Positions 27,158 to 37,689 of a DNA stretch of 64,000 nt are shown one piece after another (positions within the stretch are counted from its first letter, which is position 1; each line of letters begins with the position of its first letter). Made by a program: the position numbers and the translations under genes. This DNA is from a virus (Duplodnaviria; Heunggongvirae; Uroviricota; Caudoviricetes), in the IMG/VR virus record IMGVR_UViG_3300037466_002980, positions 1-64,000 of that record; one strand, written 5' to 3'. The notes beneath the pieces are model-generated. The model had not been told where the DNA came from, did no database searches, and worked only from the letters and a program-made list of their open reading frames with translations.

Positions 27158-29373
27158 TGTATTACCGGTAAAATTTCCTGCACAGGTTCAATAGCATTTA
27201 CCGAAATATCATCATTTACCACATCGATATTTACTCTTCCACCATTGGTAAGTTTACCAAATAAGATTTCCTTGGAAAGTGGTTTCTTAACCTTCTCCTC
27301 AAAGAGTCTTTCAAACGGACGAGCACCCATCTTAGGATCATATCCCTTAACAGCAAGCCATTCTCGTGCTGCAGGTGTAACATTGATTGTAATGTTCTTG
27401 GGAGAAAGCATTACTTCTGTCTTTTCAACTTCGGCAGTAACAATAAGATTCATCTCATTGATAGTGAGTTTATTGAATTTAACAATAGCGTCTAATCTAT
27501 TTCTAAATTCGGGGGAGAAGAATCGTTTGATTTCTTGATCCACCGCGCTCGAATTATCCTGATCACCGAATCCAATCTTGAGTTTTTCAGCATCAGCTGC
27601 ACCAAGGTTGGCAGACATGATAACAACCACATTAGATGCATCAACAGTCTTACCCTTACTAGAAGTTAACCGTGCATCGTCCATAAGTTGAAGCAACACA
27701 GTAACCACATCTGGGTGTGCCTTTTCAATTTCATCAAGTAACAGAACACAATTCGGATTGGATTCAATCACATGAATTAACTGACCTTCGCCCATCTTAC
27801 CTTCGCCGTGTCCAACATAACCAGGAGGCGCACCGATAAACTTCGAAACCGTATGCTTTTCCATGTATTCAGACATATCAAATCTGGCAAAATGAACACC
27901 AAGCTGCTTCGCTAATTGCTTAGCCAGATAAGTCTTACCAGTACCGGTTGGGCCTGTAAATAAGAAGTTTCCAATTGGTTTATTCTGATTGCGCAAACCA
28001 GATTTGGACAAATAAATTGCTTCTACGAGCTTTTCAATTGCACCATCCTGGCCATAAACCTTGTCCTTCAATCTAGTTGCTAGATTGGATAAGGTATCGT
28101 TTTCCTTCATATCCATCATCTGCGAAGGAATCTTAGCAATCTTCGAAGCCTGTTCCAAGACAATTTCCGAAGTTACATTCTTTGCTTCTATTAATTTGGC
28201 TTTTGCACCAGCAGAATCAAGAAGATCTAATGCCTTATCCGGGAAAAACTTAGATTTCATATACCTATCGGCAAGGTCGACACAAAGGTCGGTAACACCT
28301 TCGTCGTATTTTACATTATGGAATGTTTCATAATGCTTAACAAGCCCTGCTAGGATTAGTTTAGTTTCTTCTGCAGAAGGTTGATTGATTTCATACTTCT
28401 GGAATCTACGAAGAAGTGCTTTGTCTTTTTCAAAGTGTTCATGAAATTCATCATACGTTGTTGCACCAATGCACATTAATTGTCCTTTGGCCAACATCGG
28501 TTTCAACAGATTACCTGCATCCATTTGACTACCGGTTGTAGAACCAGCACCAAGAATCATATGAATTTCATCAATAAACATGATGCAATTACCAAGTTTC
28601 TTAACTTGATCAAGAACACCCTTGAGGCGTTCTTCAAAATCTCCACGAAATTTAGTACCTGCAAGCAATGCACCAAGATCCAGGCTGTAAACAACCTTAT
28701 CTTGCAATGCCTTCGGTACTTCTTTCTTAACAATCTTTAATGCAAGGCCTTCGGCAAGTGCCGTCTTACCAACACCAGGTTCGCCAACGTAAATAACGTT
28801 GTTCTTCTTCCTGCGTGCTAAGATTTCAATGGTATCGATAACTTCTTTTTCTCTACCAATAACCGGATCAATGGTTCCGTCTGTCGCTTCTTTGTTGAGA
28901 TTCCTTGCAAACTGCGTTAATGGATTCTCTTCTGCGCCCTGTTTTTCGCCTGCTTTTCGAAGCTGCGTGATAACTTTTTCCTTATCAATGCCATGTTTAT
29001 GCAAGAAATGACATGCATGGCTCTGTTCCTCGCACAAAATACTAAGCAATACAGATTCATTGCTTAATTCATTCTGCCCGCTAAATACCAACTGTGTCAA
29101 AGCACGTTGAAATGTTCTATTCAATGCTGCGGTACGTTTGGCCGGAATATCTTTAAGAGTATCTGGCTTCTTAAAAGAAGGATCACCCAAAAACTGAATA
29201 AGTTCGGTTTTAATCTTTGCAGGTTGTCCGCCAGCAGACAATAGCAATTCATTGATATCTTTTTCCTGCAATAAGGAAAGGAGAATATGTTCTAATGTTA
29301 CGTATTCGTGGTTATTGTCGTTTGCAATTCCCACTGCTCGTTCGATCATCTTCTCAACTTTTTTGGTACTCAT
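27154..29373 (-). CDS. clpA: ATP-dependent Clp protease ATP-binding subunit ClpA
   Basis: Clp N domain (HEYVTLEH), two AAA modules (GEPGVGKT, GPTGTGKT), GAPPGYVG, IGF loop, no ClpB M-domain. Confidence 0.93.
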   Translation of the reverse strand: MSTKKVEKMIERAVGIANDNNHEYVTLEHILLSLLQEKDINELLLSAGGQPAKIKTELIQFLGDPSFKKPDTLKDIPAKRTAALNRTFQRALTQLVFSGQNELSNESVLLSILCEEQSHACHFLHKHGIDKEKVITQLRKAGEKQGAEENPLTQFARNLNKEATDGTIDPVIGREKEVIDTIEILARRKKNNVIYVGEPGVGKTALAEGLALKIVKKEVPKALQDKVVYSLDLGALLAGTKFRGDFEERLKGVLDQVKKLGNCIMFIDEIHMILGAGSTTGSQMDAGNLLKPMLAKGQLMCIGATTYDEFHEHFEKDKALLRRFQKYEINQPSAEETKLILAGLVKHYETFHNVKYDEGVTDLCVDLADRYMKSKFFPDKALDLLDSAGAKAKLIEAKNVTSEIVLEQASKIAKIPSQMMDMKENDTLSNLATRLKDKVYGQDGAIEKLVEAIYLSKSGLRNQNKPIGNFLFTGPTGTGKTYLAKQLAKQLGVHFARFDMSEYMEKHTVSKFIGAPPGYVGHGEGKMGEGQLIHVIESNPNCVLLLDEIEKAHPDVVTVLLQLMDDARLTSSKGKTVDASNVVVIMSANLGAADAEKLKIGFGDQDNSSAVDQEIKRFFSPEFRNRLDAIVKFNKLTINEMNLIVTAEVEKTEVMLSPKNITINVTPAAREWLAVKGYDPKMGARPFERLFEEKVKKPLSKEILFGKLTNGGRVNIDVVNDDISVNAIEPVQEILPVIQ

Positions 29374-29385
29374 CTATATGCTTCC

Positions 29386-30219
29386 TTAAATGTCGATTTT
29401 ATCTCTATGATTTACACTCTTAAGTGCAGAAAGTTCCTGCTCAGTCAAAGACTTAGGAGTTACTACAGTTAGTCTAACTAGTAAATCACCAAATCTATCA
29501 AATTCAGGATTTTTCATACCCTTACCTGCTAAACGTATCACCTGTCCGTGCTGGACATAAGGCGGTATGTTAAATTGTAGTTTAGCACTATCCAAATGCT
29601 CAAGTACAGCCTCCAGGCCGAGTATGGCTTCAATAGAGCTTATTTGAATATCAACTAAAAGATCATCGTTTGATCTTTTAAATTTCGTATCGGGCAGAAT
29701 ATCGACACGATATATTTCGTTTTCGTGATAAAATTTAGTTCCAGATCTTATTCCAGCTGGAATCCTAATTGTGGTAGTAGGAGAAACCTGTAGAGTACAA
29801 CCGGTATAAGCATTTTTCAATGAAATTGAAAATATCTTAAAACTGTTACGCTGAGTTTTTCCTGTAAATCCACCAAAGATATCTTCCATATGTGGATTAT
29901 TCTTAAAAATTTCAGCGAATACATCGTTGAACTCATTACTAGATCCGGGAGTAAATGTCCAGGTCCTTGTTCCCGATTTATTCTGGGCGTGCTGAAAATC
30001 ATCGGTGTGACCAAATTGGTCATAATGACTTCTTTTAGCAGGATCGCTAAGTGTTTCGTATGCCTCTTTCGCTTCTTTGAATTTTTCCTCGGTTGTATTA
30101 TCTCCGGGATTTCGATCAGGATGATATTTCATAGCTAACCTGCGGTAGCTTTTCTTAATTTCATCCTCAGAAGCGGTTTTAGCGAGGCCGAGGATCTCGT
30201 AATAATCCTTCTTGCTCAT
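29386..30219 (-). CDS. dnaJ: DnaJ class B (CbpA-like) co-chaperone
   Basis: DYYEILG, HPDRN, C-terminal DnaJ_C, no Zn finger. Confidence 0.92.
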   Translation of the reverse strand: MSKKDYYEILGLAKTASEDEIKKSYRRLAMKYHPDRNPGDNTTEEKFKEAKEAYETLSDPAKRSHYDQFGHTDDFQHAQNKSGTRTWTFTPGSSNEFNDVFAEIFKNNPHMEDIFGGFTGKTQRNSFKIFSISLKNAYTGCTLQVSPTTTIRIPAGIRSGTKFYHENEIYRVDILPDTKFKRSNDDLLVDIQISSIEAILGLEAVLEHLDSAKLQFNIPPYVQHGQVIRLAGKGMKNPEFDRFGDLLVRLTVVTPKSLTEQELSALKSVNHRDKIDI

Positions 30220-30227
30220 AGTATTGT

Positions 30228-30449
30228 TTAAAATCTATAGGTAATTCTGCCGTTAGATAAATCATAGGCGCTCATTTCGACCTCGACTTCATCATCTAAC
30301 AAAATTTGAATGTTATTTTTTCTAATTTTTCCACTGATAACAGCGTTTAGTGTGTGTCCGTTTTCTAATTGGACTTTGAAACGTGCGCCGGGATTGGTAT
30401 CTGTTACCCGACCGCGCATTACAATAATATCTTCTCTATCTTTAGCCAA
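30228..30449 (-). CDS. infA: Translation initiation factor IF-1
   Basis: FKVQLENGH...[28 protein letters not shown]; TTG start. Confidence 0.95.
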   Translation of the reverse strand: MAKDREDIIVMRGRVTDTNPGARFKVQLENGHTLNAVISGKIRKNNIQILLDDEVEVEMSAYDLSNGRITYRF

Positions 30450-30457
30450 TCTTAATC

Positions 30458-31201
30458 CTAATAGGTTAATTGTGTGTTCTTCAATAACATAATCTTATCA
30501 TCTCCATTGACAACAAGATAATTCCCTAAAGGAAGTACATCATATCCTATCATACTCTGTAGAATTTTAGCTTCATACGGAATATTTGATAGTCCGAATG
30601 CAGACTCCTTCAAAAAATTTCGTCCAACAACCGTATCATATTCACCAACATCAATAACGTCAGCTACAATACTTCGGCCATTATGACTAATTTTAATAGT
30701 ATTCTGCTCTACTGTCAAATTTGTGGCAAAGGACTCTTTGAAAAATTCCTTAATGCTTTCGTTAATGTTGTCCATTTCAAATTTATCCTTTGGTACATAT
30801 TGTTCTGGATCTAAAATTAAGAAATTTAATAAATCCGGATCGCTTAACTCAAATTCTGTCTTTCCCGAATAATAGGTTCTAATTTTCCAATCCATTGGAC
30901 CGGTTGTATTAAGAACATCGTCTAATAATGCTGCAAATTTTCCCGGAAAAGTTTCATCTCTTGACATTTCAACAAAAACAAGATATCTTCCTTCTTCATC
31001 GGTACTAGGACTTACTTCGACATCTAGTGTATCAATATAACTTCGTTGAATGAATGTATTTAAATCATCCGCCGGATCTTTATCTGTTAGATAAAAGGCA
31101 ACAACAATAACATCCTTTTCTTCACCTGCTTTTGGTTCAAATTCATCAATTGAAACTTCAGGCAATATTGTCCCATTTAGGTCACCATTCTTTAAGCTCA
31201 T
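30458..31201 (-). CDS. Phage hypothetical late protein
   Basis: Coupled to 31198..31803. Confidence 0.7.
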   Translation of the reverse strand: MSLKNGDLNGTILPEVSIDEFEPKAGEEKDVIVVAFYLTDKDPADDLNTFIQRSYIDTLDVEVSPSTDEEGRYLVFVEMSRDETFPGKFAALLDDVLNTTGPMDWKIRTYYSGKTEFELSDPDLLNFLILDPEQYVPKDKFEMDNINESIKEFFKESFATNLTVEQNTIKISHNGRSIVADVIDVGEYDTVVGRNFLKESAFGLSNIPYEAKILQSMIGYDVLPLGNYLVVNGDDKIMLLKNTQLTY

Positions 31202-31803
31202 TGTTGTCCCTCAATAGGTGGTTGTCCGCCCATGGGACTCATATTTCCCATGTTACCCATTCCTTGATCAGGTGGCATTTGACCTTGCATCATATCTTGA
31301 GGTACAGATTCCTCTGGAAATTCTTCATCATAGGCATCGGAAATTTCCTGCATTGTATTTTCGATATCTTTCTGAATAATATCATCATTCTGTTGCAATC
31401 CATGATTGATATATTTAAGTGGTAATTCGATTGTTACCAACCAAACCTCACTTTCGGCCATTTTGGCGCGCTTTGTTTGTGGATCTACCCAATCTTCCGG
31501 CCCCTTTACCTTGACAGGACGTTTAAAATTACCTTTTCTGAAATTTACATTAGCTCCGAGCTTGGTTAATCTTAAACCTGCATTTGGATCGGGCATCATC
31601 TTATATGGAAACATCCATACTGTCTTATAAAAATATCTACCAATATCGGGACCTTCAACAAGTTCTCCAAGAATCCAATTCTTATAAGCAAATATTTCAG
31701 CATTATCAAGTGTGCGCTCAAATTCGAGCAATGTATCCAAAATGGTATCACCATTAGATATTGCTACAAGTGTTCTCTTGATAGAATCTAAATCAGTTGA
31801 CAT
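31198..31803 (-). CDS. Phage hypothetical late protein
   Basis: Late box 31823-31830; Q/M/G/P-rich tail. Confidence 0.7.
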   Translation of the reverse strand: MSTDLDSIKRTLVAISNGDTILDTLLEFERTLDNAEIFAYKNWILGELVEGPDIGRYFYKTVWMFPYKMMPDPNAGLRLTKLGANVNFRKGNFKRPVKVKGPEDWVDPQTKRAKMAESEVWLVTIELPLKYINHGLQQNDDIIQKDIENTMQEISDAYDEEFPEESVPQDMMQGQMPPDQGMGNMGNMSPMGGQPPIEGQQ

Positions 31804-32006
31804 GTTTTTCCTTACTTTTGATTATTTATCTAAATATTGACAGTTAGATAAAGTTTAGAAAATTAAATATAAACTATTTCTCTAGCTTTAAAATCATAAA
31901 TATTCCTGTATGCTAATACACTCGATATTATTATCGACGATTCAACCACAGAACTCTTGTTTTCAGAGAGTCTCTGCATCCATTAAAATCCATCAGGAGT
32001 ATAACT

Positions 32007-32726
32007 TTGAGAAGAAATCGTAAAGAAGCGTCAAAGACGCCTAATGTTCGTTTGTCCGATGAAACAAATGTCGTTAAATTAGGAAATAGATATAAAAAAA
32101 TTGAAATGATTCCTAGAAATGTAGCACAAGAAGATTATGTCGAAGCATTAATTGAAAAGAGAATGGTCTTTGCAGTTGGTCCAGCTGGAACTGGTAAAAC
32201 AATGTTGGCAGTTCTTCGTGCTATTCAGGCATTAAGAAATGGAGAAATAACCAAAATTGTCCTAACTCGTCCTGCTGTTAGTGTAGATGAAAAACATGGA
32301 TTTCTTCCAGGCGATTTAAATGCTAAGATGGAACCATGGACTCGTCCAATTTTTGATGTATTCGAAGAATATTATGGTTTTGCAGAAACTCAACGTATGT
32401 TGGCTGATAATATTATTGAAATTGCACCACTAGGATTTATGCGCGGTCGAACATTTAAACATGCTTACGTCTTGGTCGACGAAGCCCAGAATACCACCAT
32501 TGAACAGATGAAAATGGTATTGACTCGATTAGGTGAAGGTAGTTCGATGATTGTTACTGGTGACTTAAAACAGCATGATCGTGGATTTGAGAAAAATGGA
32601 TTAGAGGATTTTCTAAAGAAATTACCAAAAGCTGATAGCGATATTAGTGTATGTTATTTTTCTCGTTGTCATGTAGAAAGAGATCCGATTGTAGGAAAAA
32701 TTCTAGGACTCTACGGAGAAGATTAA
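32007..32726 (+). CDS. phoH: PhoH-like ATPase
   Basis: GPAGTGKT, TRPAV, GFLPG, MRGRTF, DEAQN, TRLG, GD..Q.D. Confidence 0.95.
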   Translation: MRRNRKEASKTPNVRLSDETNVVKLGNRYKKIEMIPRNVAQEDYVEALIEKRMVFAVGPAGTGKTMLAVLRAIQALRNGEITKIVLTRPAVSVDEKHGFLPGDLNAKMEPWTRPIFDVFEEYYGFAETQRMLADNIIEIAPLGFMRGRTFKHAYVLVDEAQNTTIEQMKMVLTRLGEGSSMIVTGDLKQHDRGFEKNGLEDFLKKLPKADSDISVCYFSRCHVERDPIVGKILGLYGED

Positions 32727-33445
32727 ATCCCAAATGACTTATATAAATCTTCTTTCGAGATAGACGATTTATTACTTTTCATTAAATTATATTCTGTTTC
32801 TACCAATTCAAGATTATTCCTGCTGGCTATCAGTTCGGCAGGAATTTTCATCCTCCATCCGTCTGAGATGCTAATTTTATGATCCCACTGATATCCTTCC
32901 GGCGATAATAGATTATAAAATCTCATAGTCGTTCCTGTTAATCGACGTGCTAATTTAGAATATATGAGCCAGTCTTCATCCTGTTCGGAGTAAGTAATAT
33001 TAATTTTATGTCTGAGATTATTTTCATTCAATAATCTCTGTATAAATCTTTTTCCATAGCTATATTTCTTACTCAATGCTTCAACAGAAAGTAAATTCCT
33101 TGTGTAGTCTTCTAATATTTTTTCTCTGATATGTGTATCATGTATATGACCATATCTTAGATTTATATTCTTATCCTTTAACACTTTCGAAACTGTATTT
33201 CTATCAATACCCAATTCTTCTGCTATCTTTCTTTTTGATCTTATACTTTTAGAGCATTCAATTATAGAATTAATTGTATTTTCTGATATTCTCGAATATA
33301 TCTGGTCGAAATTTTCTTTAATCAAATAACGAACGGTCGGTGGTGAAAGATTATATTTCTCGCATATATCTTTCTTAGACATTCCATTTTTAAATTCTAA
33401 GACAAGATTATTGATTAATTTAGGATCTGTAATTTTAGATGGCAT
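32723..33445 (-). CDS. HNH homing endonuclease with N-terminal HTH repeats
   Basis: HTH repeats; WDHKIS...NLELV...N..KSNK. Confidence 0.7.
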   Translation of the reverse strand: MPSKITDPKLINNLVLEFKNGMSKKDICEKYNLSPPTVRYLIKENFDQIYSRISENTINSIIECSKSIRSKRKIAEELGIDRNTVSKVLKDKNINLRYGHIHDTHIREKILEDYTRNLLSVEALSKKYSYGKRFIQRLLNENNLRHKINITYSEQDEDWLIYSKLARRLTGTTMRFYNLLSPEGYQWDHKISISDGWRMKIPAELIASRNNLELVETEYNLMKSNKSSISKEDLYKSFGI

Positions 33446-33509
33446 TTTGCATTTTATCCTATAGGTAACATTATATATTTACCAATCAGAGATAAAATGC
33501 AAAAGAATA

Positions 33510-33854
33510 TTATTGATTATTCAATTGTCTATGGCGCTGATTTAGGTCATCTAATTGGCGCTGATAGCGATCACGTAGAGCCTGGTCAATTGGAGATAAT
33601 TGTTGATTCTTATTTTGTGATTTTTTGAGGTCTAATTCAAATATCTTATCTTCAAGCATTTGCCTTCTAATAGACATTGTGTTTTCTTCGATAAATCTTT
33701 GTGTTTCGGCCTTATCTCGTTGAACATCGGCAGCATGAGCATACCTTGCATCTAATGCAAATAATGCACCCACAATGGCAATAATGGAACTAGCAGATCC
33801 AAAAAACATTTTCCACGGATTTTCTTTTATTACTGTACCTAGGATGTCTAACAT
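33510..33854 (-). CDS. Single-TM coiled-coil late protein (possibly lysis-related)
   Basis: N-terminal TM plus coiled coil; late box 33876-33883. Confidence 0.55.
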   Translation of the reverse strand: MLDILGTVIKENPWKMFFGSASSIIAIVGALFALDARYAHAADVQRDKAETQRFIEENTMSIRRQMLEDKIFELDLKKSQNKNQQLSPIDQALRDRYQRQLDDLNQRHRQLNNQ

Positions 33855-33898
33855 GATTAACCTCAATAGATAAAATATTTATCTATTAACCGGTTAAT

Positions 33899-34498
33899 TT
33901 AAATTTGATAATCTGATTTGATAATTGAAGATATTTGTTTCCAGGGACGATAATTTCCAACAATATGGAAATTATCAGTGTCGAATTCTTGATTATATGG
34001 ATGTCTAATTAAGATCGAATTTAATCCGAGTTCATATCCTGCAACAGCATTGTTGGCATGATCTTCAATCCAAAATAATCCCGAATCTTTCCATTGTTCT
34101 AAGGTTGATCTCTTATCCGACCCGGTTGGTAAACAAATTATTTCTTTAAAAATGTTACCAAAGAGATATTTAAGGTTTTCTTCTCGATATTTTTTCGATT
34201 CGGGATTGTTACTAAGGCTGGTTATTACCGTAAATTTAAATCCTTCAGCATACAATTCTTTTACTTGCTCAACCGCGTCCGATAACGGAAATAATTCACG
34301 AATTATCGGACTTTCATTAAACTCTCTTATGTATTTCCATTGCATTTCATAGGTAAGCCCGTGTCTTAGATGGATATCATATTCGTGTACCTGATCTTGT
34401 AATACAGGATGTCCTTGATCGGCCATAAATTTTTCAAAAGACCTATTCCAATTTAGAAGAACACCGTCACAATCAGTTAATATATGCTTTTCTTTCAT
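33899..34498 (-). CDS. HAD-family 5'-nucleotidase-like protein (T4 30.2-like)
   Basis: ILTDCDGVLLNW, VITS, WIEDH. Confidence 0.85.
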   Translation of the reverse strand: MKEKHILTDCDGVLLNWNRSFEKFMADQGHPVLQDQVHEYDIHLRHGLTYEMQWKYIREFNESPIIRELFPLSDAVEQVKELYAEGFKFTVITSLSNNPESKKYREENLKYLFGNIFKEIICLPTGSDKRSTLEQWKDSGLFWIEDHANNAVAGYELGLNSILIRHPYNQEFDTDNFHIVGNYRPWKQISSIIKSDYQI

Positions 34499-34887
34499 TG
34501 ATCAAAAACCGTTTTCTCTCTTGTGTTACCGAATTGATCGGTAATCACTTCGGGTTCGGTAATCGGTTCAGCTTCTTGTGTGATAACTTCTTCGGTAACT
34601 TCGGGTTCAACAACTTCCCTACCATATAATTTGTCTAGTTGCTTCATTTGTTCAGCATATTTAGAACGAACATATCCATCAAACTTAGAATAATCATCCA
34701 TTCCAAAACGAGCACCAGTAATCATCTTACTTCCAAGATAATCTGCAATCGCACTTGACGATTGATAGTGCCTATTTTTCAGTTGATTAACAAATTCAAC
34801 TGTCTCTGCCACTTCCCATTCAGTCCTAGACTTTTTCTTTAATGTATGTTTATGGGATAAAACAATATAGACTTTTTCTTTTGCCAT
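34495..34887 (-). CDS. Hypothetical protein
   Basis: ORF with RBS. Confidence 0.65.
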   Translation of the reverse strand: MAKEKVYIVLSHKHTLKKKSRTEWEVAETVEFVNQLKNRHYQSSSAIADYLGSKMITGARFGMDDYSKFDGYVRSKYAEQMKQLDKLYGREVVEPEVTEEVITQEAEPITEPEVITDQFGNTREKTVFDQ

Positions 34888-34896
34888 TTTTTCCTC

Positions 34897-35193
34897 TTAA
34901 TAAATATCTGCAACAAAATCGGAAGCATTCTTCCAAGATTCCCAATCTTCTTTAGCCAATTGTTTGGTTAATCCTTTTCCGATTAATCCATATTTTTTAC
35001 AATGAAAGCCATTCTGCGTAGCAATATCGTCTCTTGGTACCGCACAAAGCCAATATTTTCCTTCTTTCCAATATTTTAGATCCTTATCGATCCAGTTTTC
35101 TTGTGATTTATATTTAATTCTCATTACAGGACTCGATATATCTGTTAATTTGAACATCTTCTCGATTACAAAATTTAAGTTGCAGAAATGCAT
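34897..35193 (-). CDS. Hypothetical protein (start uncertain)
   Basis: ORF in operon. Confidence 0.5.
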   Translation of the reverse strand: MHFCNLNFVIEKMFKLTDISSPVMRIKYKSQENWIDKDLKYWKEGKYWLCAVPRDDIATQNGFHCKKYGLIGKGLTKQLAKEDWESWKNASDFVADIY

Positions 35194-35404
35194 CAGCTTC
35201 CTGAGAATAAACTAATAGAATTACACGCCTGGCAGTTACAGAAATAGCAGCACTTACACCGCCGACTTGAACACCACGTTCATCATATTGTGGTTTGAAC
35301 ATTTCGCGTACCTCTCGAAATACTTCCTCAGTGCTCTTATCCTGATCATATTCATATCTCGAATAGATTATTTGTTTCTTTCCTGGTATAATTTCTTTGG
35401 TCAC
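35114..35404 (-). CDS. Hypothetical protein with EADAFLQLKF motif
   Basis: Coupled ORF. Confidence 0.6.
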   Translation of the reverse strand: MTKEIIPGKKQIIYSRYEYDQDKSTEEVFREVREMFKPQYDERGVQVGGVSAAISVTARRVILLVYSQEADAFLQLKFCNREDVQINRYIESCNEN

Positions 35405-36339
35405 ATCTGTCCTCTTGCTATCATTTCTAATTCAATAAGTGTTGCAGATAAATTTATTTCTCTATCAGCGCAACTTACATCCTTTACAATACCATCCCTA
35501 ATAACAAGAATACATTTATTCTGTTGTTCTTCAGTCTCGCCCCAAATTTCTATATTATCATACATGAATCTATATAGATCTTCATATTCTTCTTGTCTAA
35601 TTTGTTTACAAATTAATTTTCGAGCATCAGTATATTTTCCTGCCTTGAATAAAGCAACCATATCTATTCTATAATCACTTACTTTTTCAGCATTCTCATC
35701 CGGCATAATAAGTTTACCGGTTAAGGAATTAGCCTGTATCATGCTAATTCCCCTTCTCAAATCGGGATAAGTCTTACTAACAATAGTTTCTAATGCATCC
35801 GGATCAATATCAATTGATTCTGAATCTAAAATTCCAACCAACCTAGAATAAAATTCACCCATTTCCAGTTTCTCAATGTGCATCATTCCTGATTCACATC
35901 TAGATTTAATAGCATCAATAATCTTATGAGGATAATTGCATGTTAAAAGAAATCTAACAACAGTAGAATATTGTTGCATTGTTCCACGCAATGCCTTTTG
36001 TGCCTCTGGAGATAAACCATCTGCCTCATCTAAGAAAACATATCTAATATCACCGAAACCATTTGTTTCAGCAAATCTAGTGATCGAATTTCTAATAAAA
36101 TCAATACCATTATCTTTCGAGGCATTAACTGTTAAAATATCAAACGGATTTATATCTAATTCTTTTAATAAAACAGTTATCAGTGTAGTTTTACCGACAC
36201 CCGGTGAACCGGATAAAAGCATGTGCGGTAAAGCACCAGTTTTTATCCATTGTTCGATTTGATTTTTTTGTTTGGGATCTTTAAAAACGTATTCGTTTAA
36301 GGTATGTGGATTATATTTGTCAACCCATAACTCTCGCAT
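35401..36339 (-). CDS. Clamp loader subunit (gp44/RFC-like)
   Basis: LWVDKY, GSPGVGKTT, NASKDNGID, LDEADGL, SRC. Confidence 0.92.
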   Translation of the reverse strand: MRELWVDKYNPHTLNEYVFKDPKQKNQIEQWIKTGALPHMLLSGSPGVGKTTLITVLLKELDINPFDILTVNASKDNGIDFIRNSITRFAETNGFGDIRYVFLDEADGLSPEAQKALRGTMQQYSTVVRFLLTCNYPHKIIDAIKSRCESGMMHIEKLEMGEFYSRLVGILDSESIDIDPDALETIVSKTYPDLRRGISMIQANSLTGKLIMPDENAEKVSDYRIDMVALFKAGKYTDARKLICKQIRQEEYEDLYRFMYDNIEIWGETEEQQNKCILVIRDGIVKDVSCADREINLSATLIELEMIARGQM

Positions 36340-36381
36340 CTTATCTCCTTTTTGTTATTGTAACAAAAAGTAGATGTAAGG

Positions 36382-36726
36382 TCAATCCCATTTTGAAAAG
36401 GTTACAACCTCGTCTTCGGGTAATTCATCGGAAACTAATATCGCACTTTCAGGATCTACGCCCCAGAGTTGAATCTTTGTTCCTTCCTTATCCTTTATTT
36501 CAAACATTCTAGTCCATCTTCCATGTTCGACCAATATCCATTGGCCAACATCAATTTCATCAATGCCATCACCAACAGAATGAACTTTCCCCCAGCGTGG
36601 TCTAATTCCTGAACTCTTTCCATTATCGTCTGGAATAATAATTCCATTAACAACTCGAGCACCACGTTCTAAATCGGAAACTAAAATCTTTCTCGGCAAT
36701 GCATTAACTTTCATCGACATCTCCAT
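36382..36726 (-). CDS. groES: GroES-like co-chaperonin
   Basis: GIIIPDD...GKVHSVGDG...VGQWILV. Confidence 0.75.
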   Translation of the reverse strand: MEMSMKVNALPRKILVSDLERGARVVNGIIIPDDNGKSSGIRPRWGKVHSVGDGIDEIDVGQWILVEHGRWTRMFEIKDKEGTKIQLWGVDPESAILVSDELPEDEVVTFSKWD

Positions 36727-36892
36727 TATATGTGATATTAATTATTGGTTCAATTCCCTCTTCTTTTAATACCGCATCCTTAATTTCCTTAATTGCATCG
36801 ATTCCGTGTAGAGTTCTTAAATCATCAATTAGAGTTTTCTCAATATTAATAGTAGAAGGATTAGGATTGCTCATTATTGTCCTCCATGACAA
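36704..36892 (-). CDS. Hypothetical protein
   Basis: Short coupled ORF. Confidence 0.5.
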   Translation of the reverse strand: MSWRTIMSNPNPSTINIEKTLIDDLRTLHGIDAIKEIKDAVLKEEGIEPIINITYNGDVDES

Positions 36893-37193
36893 TGTCGCCT
36901 GACGGAAGTTCGATTTCTTTTATTGTCTTTTTCTTAACTTCCTTAGGCTTCTGTTCAACAGTATTAATTGGTGCAGGTGCAGGTCCTTTCAATCCAGAAT
37001 TGACAATAACAGATTGAACTCGTCCCTTCTCTCTTGCTATATCATCTGCGGTTCTTGCAATTTTTCCGTTGCTGTCGAGTAAATCGCCTTTGGCATTTAC
37101 CTTCATATTTCCGACAGCCACTGTTTTTTCATTTTCTCTACGCATAGCATCCATATCAATTACAGTGCCACGATGTGTAGTATGTCGACTCAT
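36861..37193 (-). CDS. Phage hypothetical protein
   Basis: AVGNMKVNAKGD motif, GGAGG RBS. Confidence 0.7.
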   Translation of the reverse strand: MSRHTTHRGTVIDMDAMRRENEKTVAVGNMKVNAKGDLLDSNGKIARTADDIAREKGRVQSVIVNSGLKGPAPAPINTVEQKPKEVKKKTIKEIELPSGDIVMEDNNEQS

Positions 37194-37195
37194 TC

Positions 37196-37399
37196 TTATT
37201 CCTCCAACGAAATATTCATTCCATTATTTTTTGCGATATCTAGAATGTCTTCTAATGCTTCATCCGTGAATCGCATGATATTTAAATTCTGTTCATCCTT
37301 TTGAACAACCAATGTTATCTTTCTTGTTTGTAATTCTCCATCCATGAAAGATTTTACTTTATAATCAATATTTATTTTCATTATTTCCTCATATTCCAC
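37196..37399 (-). CDS. Hypothetical protein
   Basis: ORF. Confidence 0.5.
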   Translation of the reverse strand: MEYEEIMKINIDYKVKSFMDGELQTRKITLVVQKDEQNLNIMRFTDEALEDILDIAKNNGMNISLEE

Positions 37400-37689
37400 G
37401 CAATTGGGTCAAAATCGAAATTTTTACTATCTTTTTCTTTGTTTTGAAAAGCTGCCATTTCTTTTAATTCTTCCCTATTAAATTTGCCTTCATTAAATTT
37501 CATAGGATCTTCCGAATACGAATATACACACCTTGGATGAAAATTTCCATCGCCATCGGCATAAAATCCTACCATTCTACTAGATCCCCAAGAAGATAAT
37601 TGATTCCAATGATCAAACATAGCTTCAAGTGCTAATGCTTGTGCTGGAGTCACATCTAACTCTACCAACATCTTGATTTTTTCTGTCAT
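37381..37689 (-). CDS. Hypothetical protein
   Basis: GSSRMVGFYADGDGNFHP. Confidence 0.65.
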   Translation of the reverse strand: MTEKIKMLVELDVTPAQALALEAMFDHWNQLSSWGSSRMVGFYADGDGNFHPRCVYSYSEDPMKFNEGKFNREELKEMAAFQNKEKDSKNFDFDPIAWNMRK

